Source: Zymobacter sp. IVIA_12111.31 C1 (lineage in GTDB: Bacteria > Pseudomonadota > Gammaproteobacteria > Pseudomonadales > Halomonadaceae). Taken from it: 64,000 bases of DNA. The stretch is from positions 1,595,077 through 1,659,076 of the forward strand of contig NZ_CP179930.1 of the NCBI RefSeq assembly GCF_047495495.1, given 5' to 3'. Made by a program: the position numbers and the translations under genes. This document shows positions 48,469 to 59,889 of the stretch, in pieces. The notes beneath the pieces were generated by a model. The model did not search any database, was not told the DNA's origin, and was given only the letters and a program-made list of their open reading frames with translations. Position 1 is the first letter of the stretch. Each line of letters opens with the position of its first letter.

Positions 48469-48903
48469 CTAATGATGAGGTGATGCGGTGCTGCAGCGGC
48501 TAATGACGACCACGCCGATCAAAATCATCGCAATCCCGATCAGATGCTGAACCTTAAACGCTTCATGCAGGATCGGTGTGACCACCGCCACCGCATATAC
48601 TGTCACGTAACTAATGCTCAACAGCGGGTAGGCACGGCTCAGCGGCAGGTGCCGCAGCGCATTCAGCCAACACCACATTGAGATACCGTACGCCAGAATG
48701 CCGCCGCCGATCAGAGCCAGCCACGGCCAGTAGCCCAGCAGGACATTCACGGCCAGCGCCTGCACATCACTCCAGATCGCCATCAGGTTCGGCAGATGGC
48801 TCATGCCGATCTTCATCCCCAGCTGCGCCAGCGTGACCAGTACGATGCTGCCACCGATCCAGGCATAGCCCAGCCGATAGCGCCCCGTTACAGCAGTTGA
48901 CAT
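48469..48903 (-). CDS. arnF: Undecaprenyl-phosphate-L-Ara4N flippase subunit ArnF (SMR-like)
   Basis: 4-TM small protein similar to E. coli ArnF; last gene of the arn operon. Confidence 0.7.
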   Translation of the reverse strand: MSTAVTGRYRLGYAWIGGSIVLVTLAQLGMKIGMSHLPNLMAIWSDVQALAVNVLLGYWPWLALIGGGILAYGISMWCWLNALRHLPLSRAYPLLSISYVTVYAVAVVTPILHEAFKVQHLIGIAMILIGVVVISRCSTASPHH

Positions 48904-48980
48904 ACAGGCTCCTCACTCAATGAAGAAAGCGGCGGCTTCCCTGACGGAAAGCAGCCGCGTATCGGTAATGCCACTGTTGG

Positions 48981-49340
48981 CTACCACTCTGACCCCAGCA
49001 CGACGATGCCCGCCATGATCAACGCCAGACCGCCCAGATAGCGCCATGAGAGCGTTTCTCCGAACAGCCAGCGTGCCGCAACGGCCACCAGCACGAAATT
49101 CAGGCTAAGCATGGGATACGCCAGGCTAAGCGGCACTGTATGCAACACACCAAGCCAGCACAGCATGCCGCAGCCCAGTGCACCGATACCTGCAATCAAC
49201 CAAGGGTTAAGCAGCCGACGCAGCAGACCGGCCTGTTGCAGTTCGGGGCGAGCCGCCCACCAATGCACGGCCTGCTTCTGCATCAACTGACCACTACAGG
49301 CCAGCAGACTGGACACCACCAGCAATATCAGACTCAGCAT
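48981..49340 (-). CDS. arnE: Undecaprenyl-phosphate-L-Ara4N flippase subunit ArnE. Start at the Met of MLSLILLVV; the track ORF extends to 49457
   Basis: Similarity to E. coli ArnE (SVAGQL.QKQA, YPMLSLNFV.V, GIVILGS). Confidence 0.75.
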   Translation of the reverse strand: MLSLILLVVSSLLACSGQLMQKQAVHWWAARPELQQAGLLRRLLNPWLIAGIGALGCGMLCWLGVLHTVPLSLAYPMLSLNFVLVAVAARWLFGETLSWRYLGGLALIMAGIVVLGSEW

Positions 49341-49489
49341 ACGTTCTCTCTTGAGGCTCGATGCCACACCAGCGACCTGCCAACGGCCTGTAAAGAAAAG
49401 AATGGGGACGGCCCTACCACCGCACGGTCGTGAGACAACAAAGCCGTCCAGCGTCATTCTTTTCAGAAACGCGACCTTCTCTGGAAACC

Positions 49490-50374
49490 CTACAGGCCGC
49501 GACCCACCCAGCCTTCACGCCCGGGCAACGGCCCAGTCGTCAGATGCCCGGTCGGCAACGTCGATAGATCATCCGGCAGCAACGCACTCTGCGGCACAAA
49601 ATCCATGCCGTTCTGACGCATAGAATGGATCAACGCCGAAAACTCGCTGGCCATCAGGATGCCTTCCACTTCAGCATGGATCGTGTAGACCCCCAGTGCC
49701 GAACTGCGCAATTTCTCAAGGATATAGCCATTGAAATTGGCCGCATCCGTTTCGCGCCCGATCACCTCGTCAAACGTCGGCAGATCAACGGGAATCTGCG
49801 GCGTGCCGATCGTACCGTCAGTCAGCAGCGGCCGGAACATGCGCCCGCCGCGGCAATCACTGTTATAGCGAAAACCGAAGCGTTCCTTGGCATCCACCGT
49901 CGCCTGACTGCCCCGCCAGCCGGGCACGGCCGAACAGGTGATCCTTTCTCCGATGATCTGCTCCAGAACATCGACACCACGCTTGATCTCGTGATACTGG
50001 CGCTCAACGTCCCAATGTCCCGACCACGCCTGCCACGCATGGTGATCCCACGCGTGCAGACCGACTTCATGCCCCGCCTCAACGATGCGTCGCATCACGG
50101 GTGCCAGCCCTTTTCCCATCTGACGCCCGGGCCATGCCGTACCTGCAAACAGGATGTCCCAGCCGTACAGACTGGCGGCGTTGGACCGCAGCATTTTCAT
50201 CAGGAATTTGGGCTTGAGCAGGCGCCAGAGATGACGCCCCATATTGTCGGGTCCGACAGAGAGAAAGAACGTCGCGCGAATGCCTTCGCGCGCCAGAATA
50301 TCGAGCAGACGGGGCACGCCTTCACGCGTGCCCCGGTAGGTGTCGACGTCAATGCGAAGAGCGATGGGCTTCAT
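49490..50374 (-). CDS. arnD: 4-deoxy-4-formamido-L-arabinose-phosphoundecaprenol deformylase ArnD; alternative upstream start at 50422
   Basis: Colinear with E. coli ArnD from [18 protein letters not shown]..., through [17 protein letters not shown] and [18 protein letters not shown]. Confidence 0.85.
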   Translation of the reverse strand: MKPIALRIDVDTYRGTREGVPRLLDILAREGIRATFFLSVGPDNMGRHLWRLLKPKFLMKMLRSNAASLYGWDILFAGTAWPGRQMGKGLAPVMRRIVEAGHEVGLHAWDHHAWQAWSGHWDVERQYHEIKRGVDVLEQIIGERITCSAVPGWRGSQATVDAKERFGFRYNSDCRGGRMFRPLLTDGTIGTPQIPVDLPTFDEVIGRETDAANFNGYILEKLRSSALGVYTIHAEVEGILMASEFSALIHSMRQNGMDFVPQSALLPDDLSTLPTGHLTTGPLPGREGWVGRGL

Positions 50375-50436
50375 GCCATCAAGAGCGAGACCACGTCGTT
50401 GCAGAGCAACTCCTTCGCACATGCCGCGTTCCTCAC

Positions 50437-52416
50437 TCAGGATTCAAGTGCATCGACCGCCTGCTGCAGGAAGAAGTCGAGGGTGTCCTCGATCGTCTTC
50501 TCCATCGGAATGGACGGCGTCCAGTCCAGCAGGCGCTTGGCGTTTTCGATGCTCGGACGACGATGGCTGACATCCTGATAGCCTTCGCCGTAGAACGCAC
50601 GGTTATCGACAACCTTGAAGCCTGCAAACGCCGGGAAGTGCTTACGCAGCGGATGTTTCTCGAATTTTTCGAGCAGCACTTCCGCCATGTGCTTGATGCT
50701 GGCTTCGTTATCGGGATTACCAATGTTGATGATCTGCTTGTGGCACGTGTGATTCTTGTCTTCCACGATGCGGAACAGCGCGTCGGCCCCTTCATCGATG
50801 TCGGTGAAGCAGCGTTTCTGCTCGCCACCGTCGATCAGCTTGATCGGCGTACCTTCCACCAAGTTGAGGATCAGCTGGGTGATGGCGCGCGAGCTACCGA
50901 TGCGTGCGGAATCGAGGCTGTCGAGACGCGGGCCCATCCAGTTGAACGGACGGAACAGCGTGAAGTCCAGCTCGCCACGCATGCCGTAGGCCCAGATGAC
51001 GCGGTCCAGCAGCTGCTTGGAAGACGAGTAGATCCAGCGCGGCTTGTTGATCGGACCTACGATCAAGCGCGATGTTTCTTCGTCGAAGTAATCGTCATCG
51101 CACATGCCGTACACTTCAGACGTGGACGGGAAAATCACGCGTTTGTTGTACTTCACGCAGTAGCGAATGATGCGCAGGTTTTCTTCGAAGTCGAGCTCGA
51201 AGACGCGCAGCGGGTTGCGGGTGTACTCGATCGGCGTCGCGATGGCGACCAGCGGCAGCACCACGTCGCATTTCTTGACGTGATATTCGATCCATTCGGC
51301 GTGAATAGAGATGTCGCCTTCCACGAAGTGGAAATCAGGATTGCTGATGAACGGCTGGATGGCATCGGTGCTGATGTCGAGACCGTAAACTTCATAGCCA
51401 CCATCTTCGAGCAGACGCTTGGACAGGTGGTAGCCGATGAAACCATTGACCCCCAGAATCAGCACGCGCGTTTTGCGTTGCTTGCCTTTCGGCATGTTGC
51501 CCAGACGCAGACCGCTGACCAATCCCATTTCCTGCACGACTTGGCGCGCCGGTGCGATCAGGCCGGTTTCGGTCTGTGCGGTCAGGATGCGCAGCGCACC
51601 TTCACCACAGGCCACTTCAAGCGGCTCAGCAGACAGCACCGTGCCCGGTGCCGCATTCGTATCCGTGGAAGCTACCGGTTCGGATGACCAGATCGTGACG
51701 CGACGCGTACCGCTGTGCGTGAAGGCCCCCGGATAAGGCTGGGTCAGCGCGCGCACCATGTTGTGGACATCACGGGCCGGTTTGCTCCAGTCCAGCTCGC
51801 CGTCTGCTGGCGTGCGGCGACCAAAGTAGCTCGCCTGAGATTCGTCCTGCGGCGTCGCCTTGGCCTGACCGTTCTTGATCATCGGCAGAGCGCGGTCCAG
51901 CAACGTGCGGGCCGCCTGAACCATGCGCGGATGCATGGTGCCTGCGGTGTCCTCATCCGCGATGGCGACTTTTTCAGCGTCGATGATGTCGCCCGCATCA
52001 GCCTTGGCCACCATCGTATGCAGTGTCAGTCCGGCTTCCTTCTCACCGTGGATGATCGCCCAGTTGAGCGGTGCACGACCACGGTAGCGCGGCAGCAGCG
52101 AGCCGTGCAGGTTGTAGGCACCCTTCGGCGGAATGTCGAGGATCGCCTGACTCAACAGCTTGCGGTAATAGAACGAGAAGATGACATCAGGGGCCATGGC
52201 GCGCATACGGCCGACCCAGAGAGGATCATTGACATCTTCCGGTGCGAATACCGCAATGCCGTGCTGAGCACACAGGGCAGCGACGGAACCGAAGAACTGC
52301 TGCTCGTTGGGGTCATCACGCAGCGTGAACACTGCTTCGATCTGATAACCCGCTGCCAGCAGGGCTTCGATGCCCTGACATCCGAAGTCCTGGTACGCAA
52401 AGACTATGGCTTTCAT
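50437..52416 (-). CDS. arnA: Bifunctional UDP-GlcA decarboxylase / UDP-L-Ara4N formyltransferase ArnA. ATG at 52416; the track begins at TTG 52425
   Basis: [22 protein letters not shown] matches the E. coli ArnA N-terminus; formyltransferase plus SDR decarboxylase halves; ATGA overlap with the arnC stop. Confidence 0.9.
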   Translation of the reverse strand: MKAIVFAYQDFGCQGIEALLAAGYQIEAVFTLRDDPNEQQFFGSVAALCAQHGIAVFAPEDVNDPLWVGRMRAMAPDVIFSFYYRKLLSQAILDIPPKGAYNLHGSLLPRYRGRAPLNWAIIHGEKEAGLTLHTMVAKADAGDIIDAEKVAIADEDTAGTMHPRMVQAARTLLDRALPMIKNGQAKATPQDESQASYFGRRTPADGELDWSKPARDVHNMVRALTQPYPGAFTHSGTRRVTIWSSEPVASTDTNAAPGTVLSAEPLEVACGEGALRILTAQTETGLIAPARQVVQEMGLVSGLRLGNMPKGKQRKTRVLILGVNGFIGYHLSKRLLEDGGYEVYGLDISTDAIQPFISNPDFHFVEGDISIHAEWIEYHVKKCDVVLPLVAIATPIEYTRNPLRVFELDFEENLRIIRYCVKYNKRVIFPSTSEVYGMCDDDYFDEETSRLIVGPINKPRWIYSSSKQLLDRVIWAYGMRGELDFTLFRPFNWMGPRLDSLDSARIGSSRAITQLILNLVEGTPIKLIDGGEQKRCFTDIDEGADALFRIVEDKNHTCHKQIINIGNPDNEASIKHMAEVLLEKFEKHPLRKHFPAFAGFKVVDNRAFYGEGYQDVSHRRPSIENAKRLLDWTPSIPMEKTIEDTLDFFLQQAVDALES

Positions 52417-53465
52417 TGTGTGCAATCTCCAGCATCCTTGGAAATAGTGGAAGTCGATGCGTCTTCGGTAGGCGCATCGGAAGAAGTCGGCGCTGAGGCC
52501 GCGTCAGAACGCAGCAAAGCGCTCTCATAGGTGTCTTCGACGAAATAGCGTGGACGGGCGCGTACATCGTTGTACATGCGGCCAAGGTATTCCCCGACCA
52601 GCCCGATACCAATCATCTGTACACCGATGAAAATAAATAGGATCGCAAACAGCGGAAATACGCCGTTGAGCCCCCATGCGGATCCCAAAGCAATGCGCAG
52701 CACGATCAGCAGCAGTGCGAATACAAAACCGGCGGCCGCGATCAACGCCCCAGCCAGACTGGCCAGCCGCAGCGGCTGCGTCGTCATGCAGGTGACCAGA
52801 TCAAACATCAGGCTGATCAGACGCATCAGGCTGTAACGAGATTCACCGTGCTCGCGTTCGGCGTGATCCACTTCGAACTCGATGGTGTTGCGCGCGAAGC
52901 TGTTAGCCAGAATCGGAATGAAGGTGCTGCGCTCATGGCACTGCAGCATCGCGTCGATGATGCGACGATGATAACCGCGCAGCATACAGCCGTAGTCGGT
53001 CATCATAACGCCCGTCGCGCGGCGCACGGCACCGTTGATCAGCCGTGACGATAGGCGACGGAAGAAGGAGTCCTGACGGTTGCGACGCACGGTGGCAACG
53101 ACGTCATACCCTTTCAGCCCCGCCTCAACCAAACGCGGAATCTCTTCCGGCGGGTTCTGAAGGTCGGCATCCAGCGTGATCACGAAATCGCCGCGCGAGG
53201 CTTCGAACCCCGCCATGATGGCCGCATGCTGTCCATAGTTGCGATTCAGCACGACAACGCGGATCGCACTGCCTTCACGGTCGGCGGCCTGTTTCAGCAG
53301 CGCCACACTGTCATCGTGGCTGCCATCGTCGACGAAAATGATTTCATAGGGCCTGTCCAACTGACGGCAGGCCTTGTCGGTACGTTCGAGCAGCTCCGGC
53401 AGACTGGCCTGCTCGTTGAAAACAGGAATAACGATGGAGATCAAAGCAAAGGAAGTGGGTGTCAC
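52413..53465 (-). CDS. arnC: Undecaprenyl-phosphate 4-deoxy-4-formamido-L-arabinose transferase ArnC (GT2)
   Basis: [16 protein letters not shown]...[10 protein letters not shown], similar to the E. coli ArnC GT2 motifs; C-terminal TM segments. Confidence 0.88.
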   Translation of the reverse strand: MTPTSFALISIVIPVFNEQASLPELLERTDKACRQLDRPYEIIFVDDGSHDDSVALLKQAADREGSAIRVVVLNRNYGQHAAIMAGFEASRGDFVITLDADLQNPPEEIPRLVEAGLKGYDVVATVRRNRQDSFFRRLSSRLINGAVRRATGVMMTDYGCMLRGYHRRIIDAMLQCHERSTFIPILANSFARNTIEFEVDHAEREHGESRYSLMRLISLMFDLVTCMTTQPLRLASLAGALIAAAGFVFALLLIVLRIALGSAWGLNGVFPLFAILFIFIGVQMIGIGLVGEYLGRMYNDVRARPRYFVEDTYESALLRSDAASAPTSSDAPTEDASTSTISKDAGDCTQ

Positions 53466-53468
53466 CCG

Positions 53469-54620
53469 TCAGTCCTCCAGGATTCGGGTCAGGGATGCCA
53501 CCACACGGTCGACATCGTCAAAAGAAAGGTCGGGGAACAGCGGCAGGCTGAACAGCCGGTCATTGTTCCACTCGGTGTTGGGCAGCGCGTGCGGTAGCGT
53601 GCCGGCTGGGAAGCGTTCGCGGTAGTATTTCTGCTGATGGATGGCCTTGAAGTGAATGCCACTGCCGATGTCATCGTCTTTCAGCTTCTGCATGATGGCA
53701 TCACGCGTCAGCGATGTACGGGTATCGTCTACGCGCACGATGAACAGATGGTGAGCATGGCGGTGATCCCATTCGGGGGCCGAAAGCGGAATGAGCGGCA
53801 GCCCTTTCAACCCATCGCGATAGCGCTCGCACAGTACACGGCGACGCTCGTTGATCTCGACAAGGCGCGGCCACTGGGTCAACGCGATGACGGCGTTCAT
53901 ATCGGCTAGGTTGCACTTGAAGCCCGGCGACAACACCTCGGCCTGTGGGCGACGCCCATTGGCTTGGCGATCGAAAGCGTCGACACCCAGCCCGTGGAAC
54001 TTGAGCATGGCCAGTGTTTCAGCCAACGCATCGTCATCGGTCACGATCATGCCGCCTTCGGCCGACGTGATGTTCTTGATCGCATGCAGCGAGAAGATGG
54101 CCGTGCCTTCACGTCCTACCGGAACACCCTTGTACAGCGTGCCCACGGCATGCGCAGCGTCTTCAATCAACGTCACATCGTGACGACGGGCAACGGCACG
54201 GACCGCGTCTAGGTCGATGGGCGCGCCCGCATAGTGCACGGGGATGATCGCTTTGGTACGCGGTGTAATGGCCGCCTCGATGGCATCGGGCGTCACCATC
54301 AGCGTATCGCGGTCGACATCAATGAATACCGGTGTCGCACCGGCCAGCATGATCAGGTTGACGGTCGACACCCAGGTCTGGGACGGCGTGATAACTTCAT
54401 CGCCCGGCCCAATACCCAGTGCTTGCAGCATGATGTGCATGCCGGCCGTCGCCGAACTGACTGCAATGGCGTGTTTGCATCCGAGCGTGTCGCAGAATGC
54501 CTGCTCTAGCTCATGGCACTTCGCGCCGGTCGTAATCCAGCCCGAACGCAGCACCTCGACAACGGCGTCGATTTCACGCTCACCAATGGCGGGACGGCAC
54601 AACGGAATAAACGCAGACAT
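53469..54620 (-). CDS. arnB: UDP-4-amino-4-deoxy-L-arabinose--oxoglutarate aminotransferase ArnB. Start at the Met of [10 protein letters not shown]; the track ORF extends to 54842
   Basis: Near-colinear with E. coli ArnB (FLPFSRPAMG / [41 protein letters not shown]). Confidence 0.88.
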   Translation of the reverse strand: MSAFIPLCRPAIGEREIDAVVEVLRSGWITTGAKCHELEQAFCDTLGCKHAIAVSSATAGMHIMLQALGIGPGDEVITPSQTWVSTVNLIMLAGATPVFIDVDRDTLMVTPDAIEAAITPRTKAIIPVHYAGAPIDLDAVRAVARRHDVTLIEDAAHAVGTLYKGVPVGREGTAIFSLHAIKNITSAEGGMIVTDDDALAETLAMLKFHGLGVDAFDRQANGRRPQAEVLSPGFKCNLADMNAVIALTQWPRLVEINERRRVLCERYRDGLKGLPLIPLSAPEWDHRHAHHLFIVRVDDTRTSLTRDAIMQKLKDDDIGSGIHFKAIHQQKYYRERFPAGTLPHALPNTEWNNDRLFSLPLFPDLSFDDVDRVVASLTRILED

Positions 54621-55054
54621 TTGACTTAACTCCTTCCATTGCATATGACGCAATAATGGACAGACGCCGAATCGTTGCTGACACATGCAAGGGATGCGCC
54701 GACACCCCGTCATGCGGTTATAGCCTTGTGCAACGCGTCTCGACGCGCGGATTTGCACAATGTTAGGCCTCAACTTCCAGCAATACAGCACTGAATTGTA
54801 GGGATAAGTAGCGATGCCGTATCCACGCGTTACGGCGTCCATACTCTATGCCGCATCGCCACTACTTTCCACTTGGATAGCCGCAGTAAACACCTACTGC
54901 CGTAGCAAAACTACTGCACTTTCAAGCGTTTTACCTCGTGCACAACTATATGATATGTGCAGGTGCCGAAGGTTCATTCCGTGCACAATTTCACTCGCAA
55001 CGTATCGCTATCCATTACGCGGGCAGAATGAAGCAAGGCGGGCCTTTGAGCGCG

Positions 55055-56770
55055 TCACTGCGGCTTCTGTCGCGCCACAGGACAACGTTCATCCGTTCCC
55101 GGGCGTGCGGCAAAACTCAGCAGGCTATAGGTGCCCCGCGTATCGATGATGTCGGGGTTAAGCGCCAGTGTGGGTGCGAAGCTGTCCTGATCATTGTCCA
55201 GCATCATGGTCACGCGTCCGCAGTGTCTCGCCTGCTCAAGCCAGCCAGGAAGCGCATCAACGCTCACCCAGCGCTCGGGGTGATCCTGAAGCCCGAACGC
55301 CAGCTCACCCACCGCATCGTAGATCACAATGTCATCGCGTCGTGTCAGCCAGCTCAGCGCCGCAGCATCACTGATGCCATTACTGACCAGTACAGCGCTG
55401 CGTGCCACCAGATCATCATGCTGCTGAGCGAACACCACTGGGGCCTTGTCATAGAGGCGCTCTACGGGCATACAGAACGGTATACCCCAAGCCAATGCGG
55501 TAGGAATAAGCGCCAGCGACATGACCCAGCGAGGCCGCCACACCACGCCTAATCCCAACAGGGTAACAGCACTCAGCATGGCAATGGCCGTTACATAAGC
55601 GAACATATCAACACGCAAATCGAAGTGATGACCGCTGCCGCAAAGCAGTAGCATCAGCCCTGCCGCGCCCCCCAGTGCGGCCCACAGGCCGTGCCACCGT
55701 AGCGCGCTTAAATACAGCGCATAGAGTGTATAGCCCACCAACAGCGCCACTGCAGGAAAACACGGCAGAATATAGGGTGCCAATTTGCCGCGGGCACAGC
55801 TGAAAAACAGAAACGGCATCACGCACCACAGCAGCAGATAGCGTCGAGTGGCGGGGGCCATGCCCCGTGACTGGTCGCGCATGTGGAACACGCTGCCCCA
55901 CCAAGGGAAGAGTCCCAGCAGCGCGATGGGCACAAAGAAATAGCAAGGGGCGGCATGCTGAGCCTCCGTCTGACTGAAGAAACGCTGGATATGTTCATGC
56001 CAGAAGAAGAAAGACCAGAACTGCGGGTCACGCTGATGAACGATCAGCCCCCACGGCAGTACCGTCAGCACGGCCGCCAGTACGGCCAGCGGCCCGTATG
56101 TCCATAAATGACGCGTCCGCTGTGTTACCATCAGCCACGGCACCATCACCAGCACCGGAATCGCCAGCGCCAGGAAGCCTTTGGTCATGACCCCTGCCCC
56201 ACTGGCCACCCCAATCCACAGATACCCCCAAACACGCGATGAACGGCTATCACGGGTATAAGCCCATACACCGCTCAGCATGATCGCGGTCATCCACAGC
56301 GACAGCGGCGCGTCGATGGAAATGTAGGTTCCCGTACAGAACACCATCAGCATCGACAGGTATACCAGCGCGCAACAGGCTGCACAGCGCGCGTCGCGCC
56401 ACAGCAGCTGCGCCATCCGATACACCATGAGCCCACTTGCCCCCGCGGCCAGCGCACAGCTGAGACGTGCTGAGAAATTGCTGCTGCCAAACAGCCACTG
56501 TGCACCGGCATTAAGCCAATAACCTAAAATGGGCTTTTCGAAGTAACGCAGACCCAGAAAATGCGGCACGACCAGATCGCCCGAACGCATCATCAGGCTG
56601 CCGATCTGCGCATAGCGGGTTTCATCCGGGGCCAGCAACGGCCGCCAGCCCAGTGGTACGATATAGGTTACGAGATAGAACAGCACGATGCCCCAGCCAT
56701 AGCGCCGAGCACCGCGCCGTGCGGCATCGCGAGTTAAGCAATCGTTTGTGAAACAGTGAAGAGCGGCCAT
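55055..56770 (-). CDS. arnT: Lipid A 4-amino-4-deoxy-L-arabinose transferase ArnT. Start at the Met of MAALH; the track begins at 56839
   Basis: PDETRYAQIG...VVPHFLGLRYFEKPILGYWLN and MTKGFLALAIPVL match E. coli ArnT closely. Confidence 0.88.
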   Translation of the reverse strand: MAALHCFTNDCLTRDAARRGARRYGWGIVLFYLVTYIVPLGWRPLLAPDETRYAQIGSLMMRSGDLVVPHFLGLRYFEKPILGYWLNAGAQWLFGSSNFSARLSCALAAGASGLMVYRMAQLLWRDARCAACCALVYLSMLMVFCTGTYISIDAPLSLWMTAIMLSGVWAYTRDSRSSRVWGYLWIGVASGAGVMTKGFLALAIPVLVMVPWLMVTQRTRHLWTYGPLAVLAAVLTVLPWGLIVHQRDPQFWSFFFWHEHIQRFFSQTEAQHAAPCYFFVPIALLGLFPWWGSVFHMRDQSRGMAPATRRYLLLWCVMPFLFFSCARGKLAPYILPCFPAVALLVGYTLYALYLSALRWHGLWAALGGAAGLMLLLCGSGHHFDLRVDMFAYVTAIAMLSAVTLLGLGVVWRPRWVMSLALIPTALAWGIPFCMPVERLYDKAPVVFAQQHDDLVARSAVLVSNGISDAAALSWLTRRDDIVIYDAVGELAFGLQDHPERWVSVDALPGWLEQARHCGRVTMMLDNDQDSFAPTLALNPDIIDTRGTYSLLSFAARPGTDERCPVARQKPQ

Positions 56771-57445
56771 GCCATTGCGGACTCCGTCAGCATTGCCACG
56801 GGGTGCCCCACGATCCAAGGCGAAGTCTATCCACACCATGAATCAACGATCACCCTGCGAGGGTTAAGGACACACCCATGGCTGCACCCACAGGCACAGC
56901 ATCAATGCATATAAAGGAATAATCAGGCGGAGAGATACCGCTACTGAAGGTTACCGATAGGACTATGCCGCTGCCGTCTACAGCCCATATTAATGAATGT
57001 TGAAGATAGGATTAACAAAGATTTTAACGGGGAATCTACAGCGCGCACATAAAAATAAAAATCCACAAATACAGTGCATTACACGGCATTAATGTAAAAA
57101 ACCGATATCCAATCAAGAATAACGTTGCAGTTGATATGAAAATAACGCGCGTTCTACGTATTCAATAAAGCACATCGCACTACCCCACCCTATTCATATA
57201 CTCAACGTTGCAGTGCTGACCTGATTACGGTCAAGAATGGATAAAAGAAAGCGTTATCGCCGTCTACCAAAATATGCCGTAGTGCATACGGTGATGATTT
57301 GAGTCCTGCCTACCGCCAGCAAACCCTTCTGCAAGGCGCCCTACCCGTGCCGCATTACGCATCGGCTCGCATAGCGCGCCTCTTTCATGCTCGCTCGAAG
57401 CGGCATGCCCGCTTGATTACGTTAAGTGAAACAGCACTGTCTTTA

Positions 57446-57748
57446 TTATCGTGGCGAATGCTCGGTCTGCGCTTGAATGGTCGCCAGTGCCCTTGCGGCC
57501 TGTGCGATCTGCTCGGGGCTGTCGGCAAGCTCAGGCCAGATCAGTGGCCAGTCCTGCGGGCGCAGCTGCTGCCGCGTGACGGCCCCTTCTGTGGCCCGCT
57601 CAATACCTGCCGCCACCGAGGCCGAGGGGTGCTTGTGACCATAGGCGATCAGGCGCAGGTAGCTGCGCGAGGCCCCGGCCATATTGACCTGTTCATCGGT
57701 CGCGGTCTTGATCCAGTTCAACAGCTGCGTGTTTCTTTTCTTTGTCAT
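57446..57748 (-). CDS. Cro/YdaS-like small HTH DNA-binding protein
   Basis: 100-aa protein with ...KGAVTRQQLRPQDWP... resembling YdaS/Cro-type prophage regulators; divergent from two CI-like HTH genes. Confidence 0.5.
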   Translation of the reverse strand: MTKKRNTQLLNWIKTATDEQVNMAGASRSYLRLIAYGHKHPSASVAAGIERATEGAVTRQQLRPQDWPLIWPELADSPEQIAQAARALATIQAQTEHSPR

Positions 57749-57916
57749 GCTTCTGTTCCTCTTACTCCATATTAGTGCAGGTCGACATAGAAGGTGAGCA
57801 CGGCTCCTCCCGTTGCTGTTACCATAAAGGTCACGCCCATTATGACCTCAAGGTTATTTTAACATCAACACCCTGCGGTTATTTACCCGAAGGAAACGTT
57901 ACGCGATGATAGCGTC

Positions 57917-58396
57917 ATGGATATCAACACGCTATACGATCGGCGACGCATTCACCTGCAACGCTTGATTCGCGAACGGTTCAAGGGAAATCAGACTGCC
58001 CTCGCAAAGGCGGTCGAACGCAGTGCAGGTGAAATATCCCGTTGGCTATCACCGCCGCGGGATGGCAAGTCGTGGACGCGCAATATGAGTGAGATCAGTG
58101 CGCGTCGTATCGAAAACCATCTTGGTCTGGAAACGGGTTATCTGGACCGCCCTCTTTCCGATGGTGCCGCCCAAACCGTCGGCGAGCCGATGGAGGCCTA
58201 CGACACGACGCGTGATGATTCTGGTCGAACACCGACTTCTCCGTCCTCTACCCCGGGCTGCTGTCACGGTGATACTGAGACACAATGTCGCCATTGTGCG
58301 CGTATCCAATACATCATGAATATGCTGCCTTTCATGTCCTTGGAGGAGGTCGAAACCCTAAGCAAGGTAATAGACGTACTCCGTGCTCACAAGTGA
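57917..58396 (+). CDS. XRE/CI-like HTH regulator, paralog 1 (Cys-rich C-terminal half)
   Basis: N-terminal HTH-like segment GNQTALAKAVERSAGEISRWLS; paralogous to the next ORF over about 80 N-terminal aa. Confidence 0.5.
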   Translation: MDINTLYDRRRIHLQRLIRERFKGNQTALAKAVERSAGEISRWLSPPRDGKSWTRNMSEISARRIENHLGLETGYLDRPLSDGAAQTVGEPMEAYDTTRDDSGRTPTSPSSTPGCCHGDTETQCRHCARIQYIMNMLPFMSLEEVETLSKVIDVLRAHK

Positions 58397-58500
58397 GCGT
58401 CGTTCGCGGTAGACACCGCATGACATAATGACCTTAAAGGCATATCCGAATTATCCCGCGGGAAATTTATCTTTGAATAAGCTCCCGCGATGATAGCGGT

Positions 58501-58929
58501 ATGACGATCTATGACATCCGCCGTAAGAACTTACGTAATCTGATGAACGACCTGTTCGAGGGTAGGCAGGTAGAACTCGCCAATGCGTTGGAGCGTTCGC
58601 CCAGCTATATCTCCCGGATACTGTCGACGCACGGTTCCACTTCATCACAGTCCAATCGCAATATCGGCGAGGAACTGGCACGCGACATCGAAGCGCGCCT
58701 TAATCTACCTCGCTATTCGCTGGACTATGAACCTAACCAGCCGCAGCCGGTTGGGATCGAAGAGCCGCGTCGTGCCTATCAGACTCGCGTCTACGAGAAT
58801 GCCTCAGAAGAGCATCGCCGCTGCGTGGACAGCGTGGCGAATACCTTGTTGCAACTCGATGCCGATCAAGCACATATCATCGAGCGTGCGTTGCGCATGC
58901 TATTGCGCGTACGCAAGGACAGGGACTAG
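58501..58929 (+). CDS. XRE/CI-like HTH regulator, paralog 2
   Basis: GRQVELANALERSPSYISRILS HTH-like segment; same conserved 13-mer cgcgatgatagcg immediately upstream of the start as in paralog 1. Confidence 0.5.
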   Translation: MTIYDIRRKNLRNLMNDLFEGRQVELANALERSPSYISRILSTHGSTSSQSNRNIGEELARDIEARLNLPRYSLDYEPNQPQPVGIEEPRRAYQTRVYENASEEHRRCVDSVANTLLQLDADQAHIIERALRMLLRVRKDRD

Positions 58930-59380
58930 CGATACCTTTCGAGCGGCCATTCAGGATGTCTGCCGCTCGAATCCGCTTCCTTTATAAACAGAACCTATAA
59001 ACAGAACCGTCATGAACAGGGCGGTGGCAGACAGGACAGCATACCGTCATGTCATCTGTCGACCTCCTTAAGGTAAACCCGCGCACTGACCCTCGTCGTC
59101 GTTATCACACCCAGCGTATCCTTGCGCTCCTCTCCTTTCATGCTTTTCCATTTGCTGTTTTGCGCTATCACGTCCCTCCAGAGCGTATGGTTAGCACGCA
59201 TCAAGATAACGGTATACTTGTACTTCGTGAGCACCGATAGCCACCGGAGCCGTCTCTAGCCTACCGGAAAGTGGTGCGGGAAGGTGGGATTGCGGTATCT
59301 TTTGTGACAAGGCCCTGTACCGAAGGCCATTTCATTCATGATTGCGATTACCGCTTGGTTTGATATTCAGGAGCGCTCCG

Positions 59381-59605
59381 ATGCCGACTTCCCTTTCCTC
59401 TCTCCCTGAAGGGTATGACGTTTACATGCTGTTGACCTCGGTCAACAAGGAAGAGCTCAATCACAAGGTGTGCGCGGCGCTGCGGATGGGGTATCGGCTC
59501 CAAGGGTCGCCCGTTATCAATCAGTCAACGAACCGTCGTGTCTATTTCGCGCAGGCCGTGTACTGGCCCGGCGTCTACGACGCATTCGCCGCGGACAATG
59601 CCTAA
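59381..59605 (+). CDS. Small hypothetical protein (74 aa, DUF1737-like)
   Basis: Good RBS caggagcg 7 nt upstream of ATG 59381; no known function. Confidence 0.4.
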   Translation: MPTSLSSLPEGYDVYMLLTSVNKEELNHKVCAALRMGYRLQGSPVINQSTNRRVYFAQAVYWPGVYDAFAADNA

Positions 59606-59727
59606 CCACGAAGCACAGGCCTAACGACCGACATCCTCTTAAAGCGATCAGCTTACGGTATCCGCGATGCCGTTTTATCGTCTTTATGGGCATAGGCCGC
59701 ACCTAACCGTCATCGGAAATGCAAAGG

Positions 59728-59770
59728 CCCCCGTCGATATCGCTATCGGCGGGGGCCTTTTGTCGTTATA
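59728..59770. terminator. Bidirectional rho-independent terminator serving the small + gene and the NRPS gene end
   Basis: aaaggcccccgtcgatatcgctatcggcgggggccttttgtcg: 9-bp GC stem with flanking A/T runs. Confidence 0.65.
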
Positions 59771-59889
59771 TCAAAGCAGTGATGAGCACATAAAGGGCGA
59801 GCGCGAGGTATTCACTGCACAGCACCCTGTCACGAACATGGCCGCATCAGCACCTTTTGCTTCTGGTGCCAACGTGGCCATGGTGCATG

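Noticed and set aside
56840-57300. Short low-GC stretch upstream of arnT as a second island
   Set aside because: It is under 500 bp and lies directly upstream of arnT. It reads as an AT-rich promoter region with no coding capacity.
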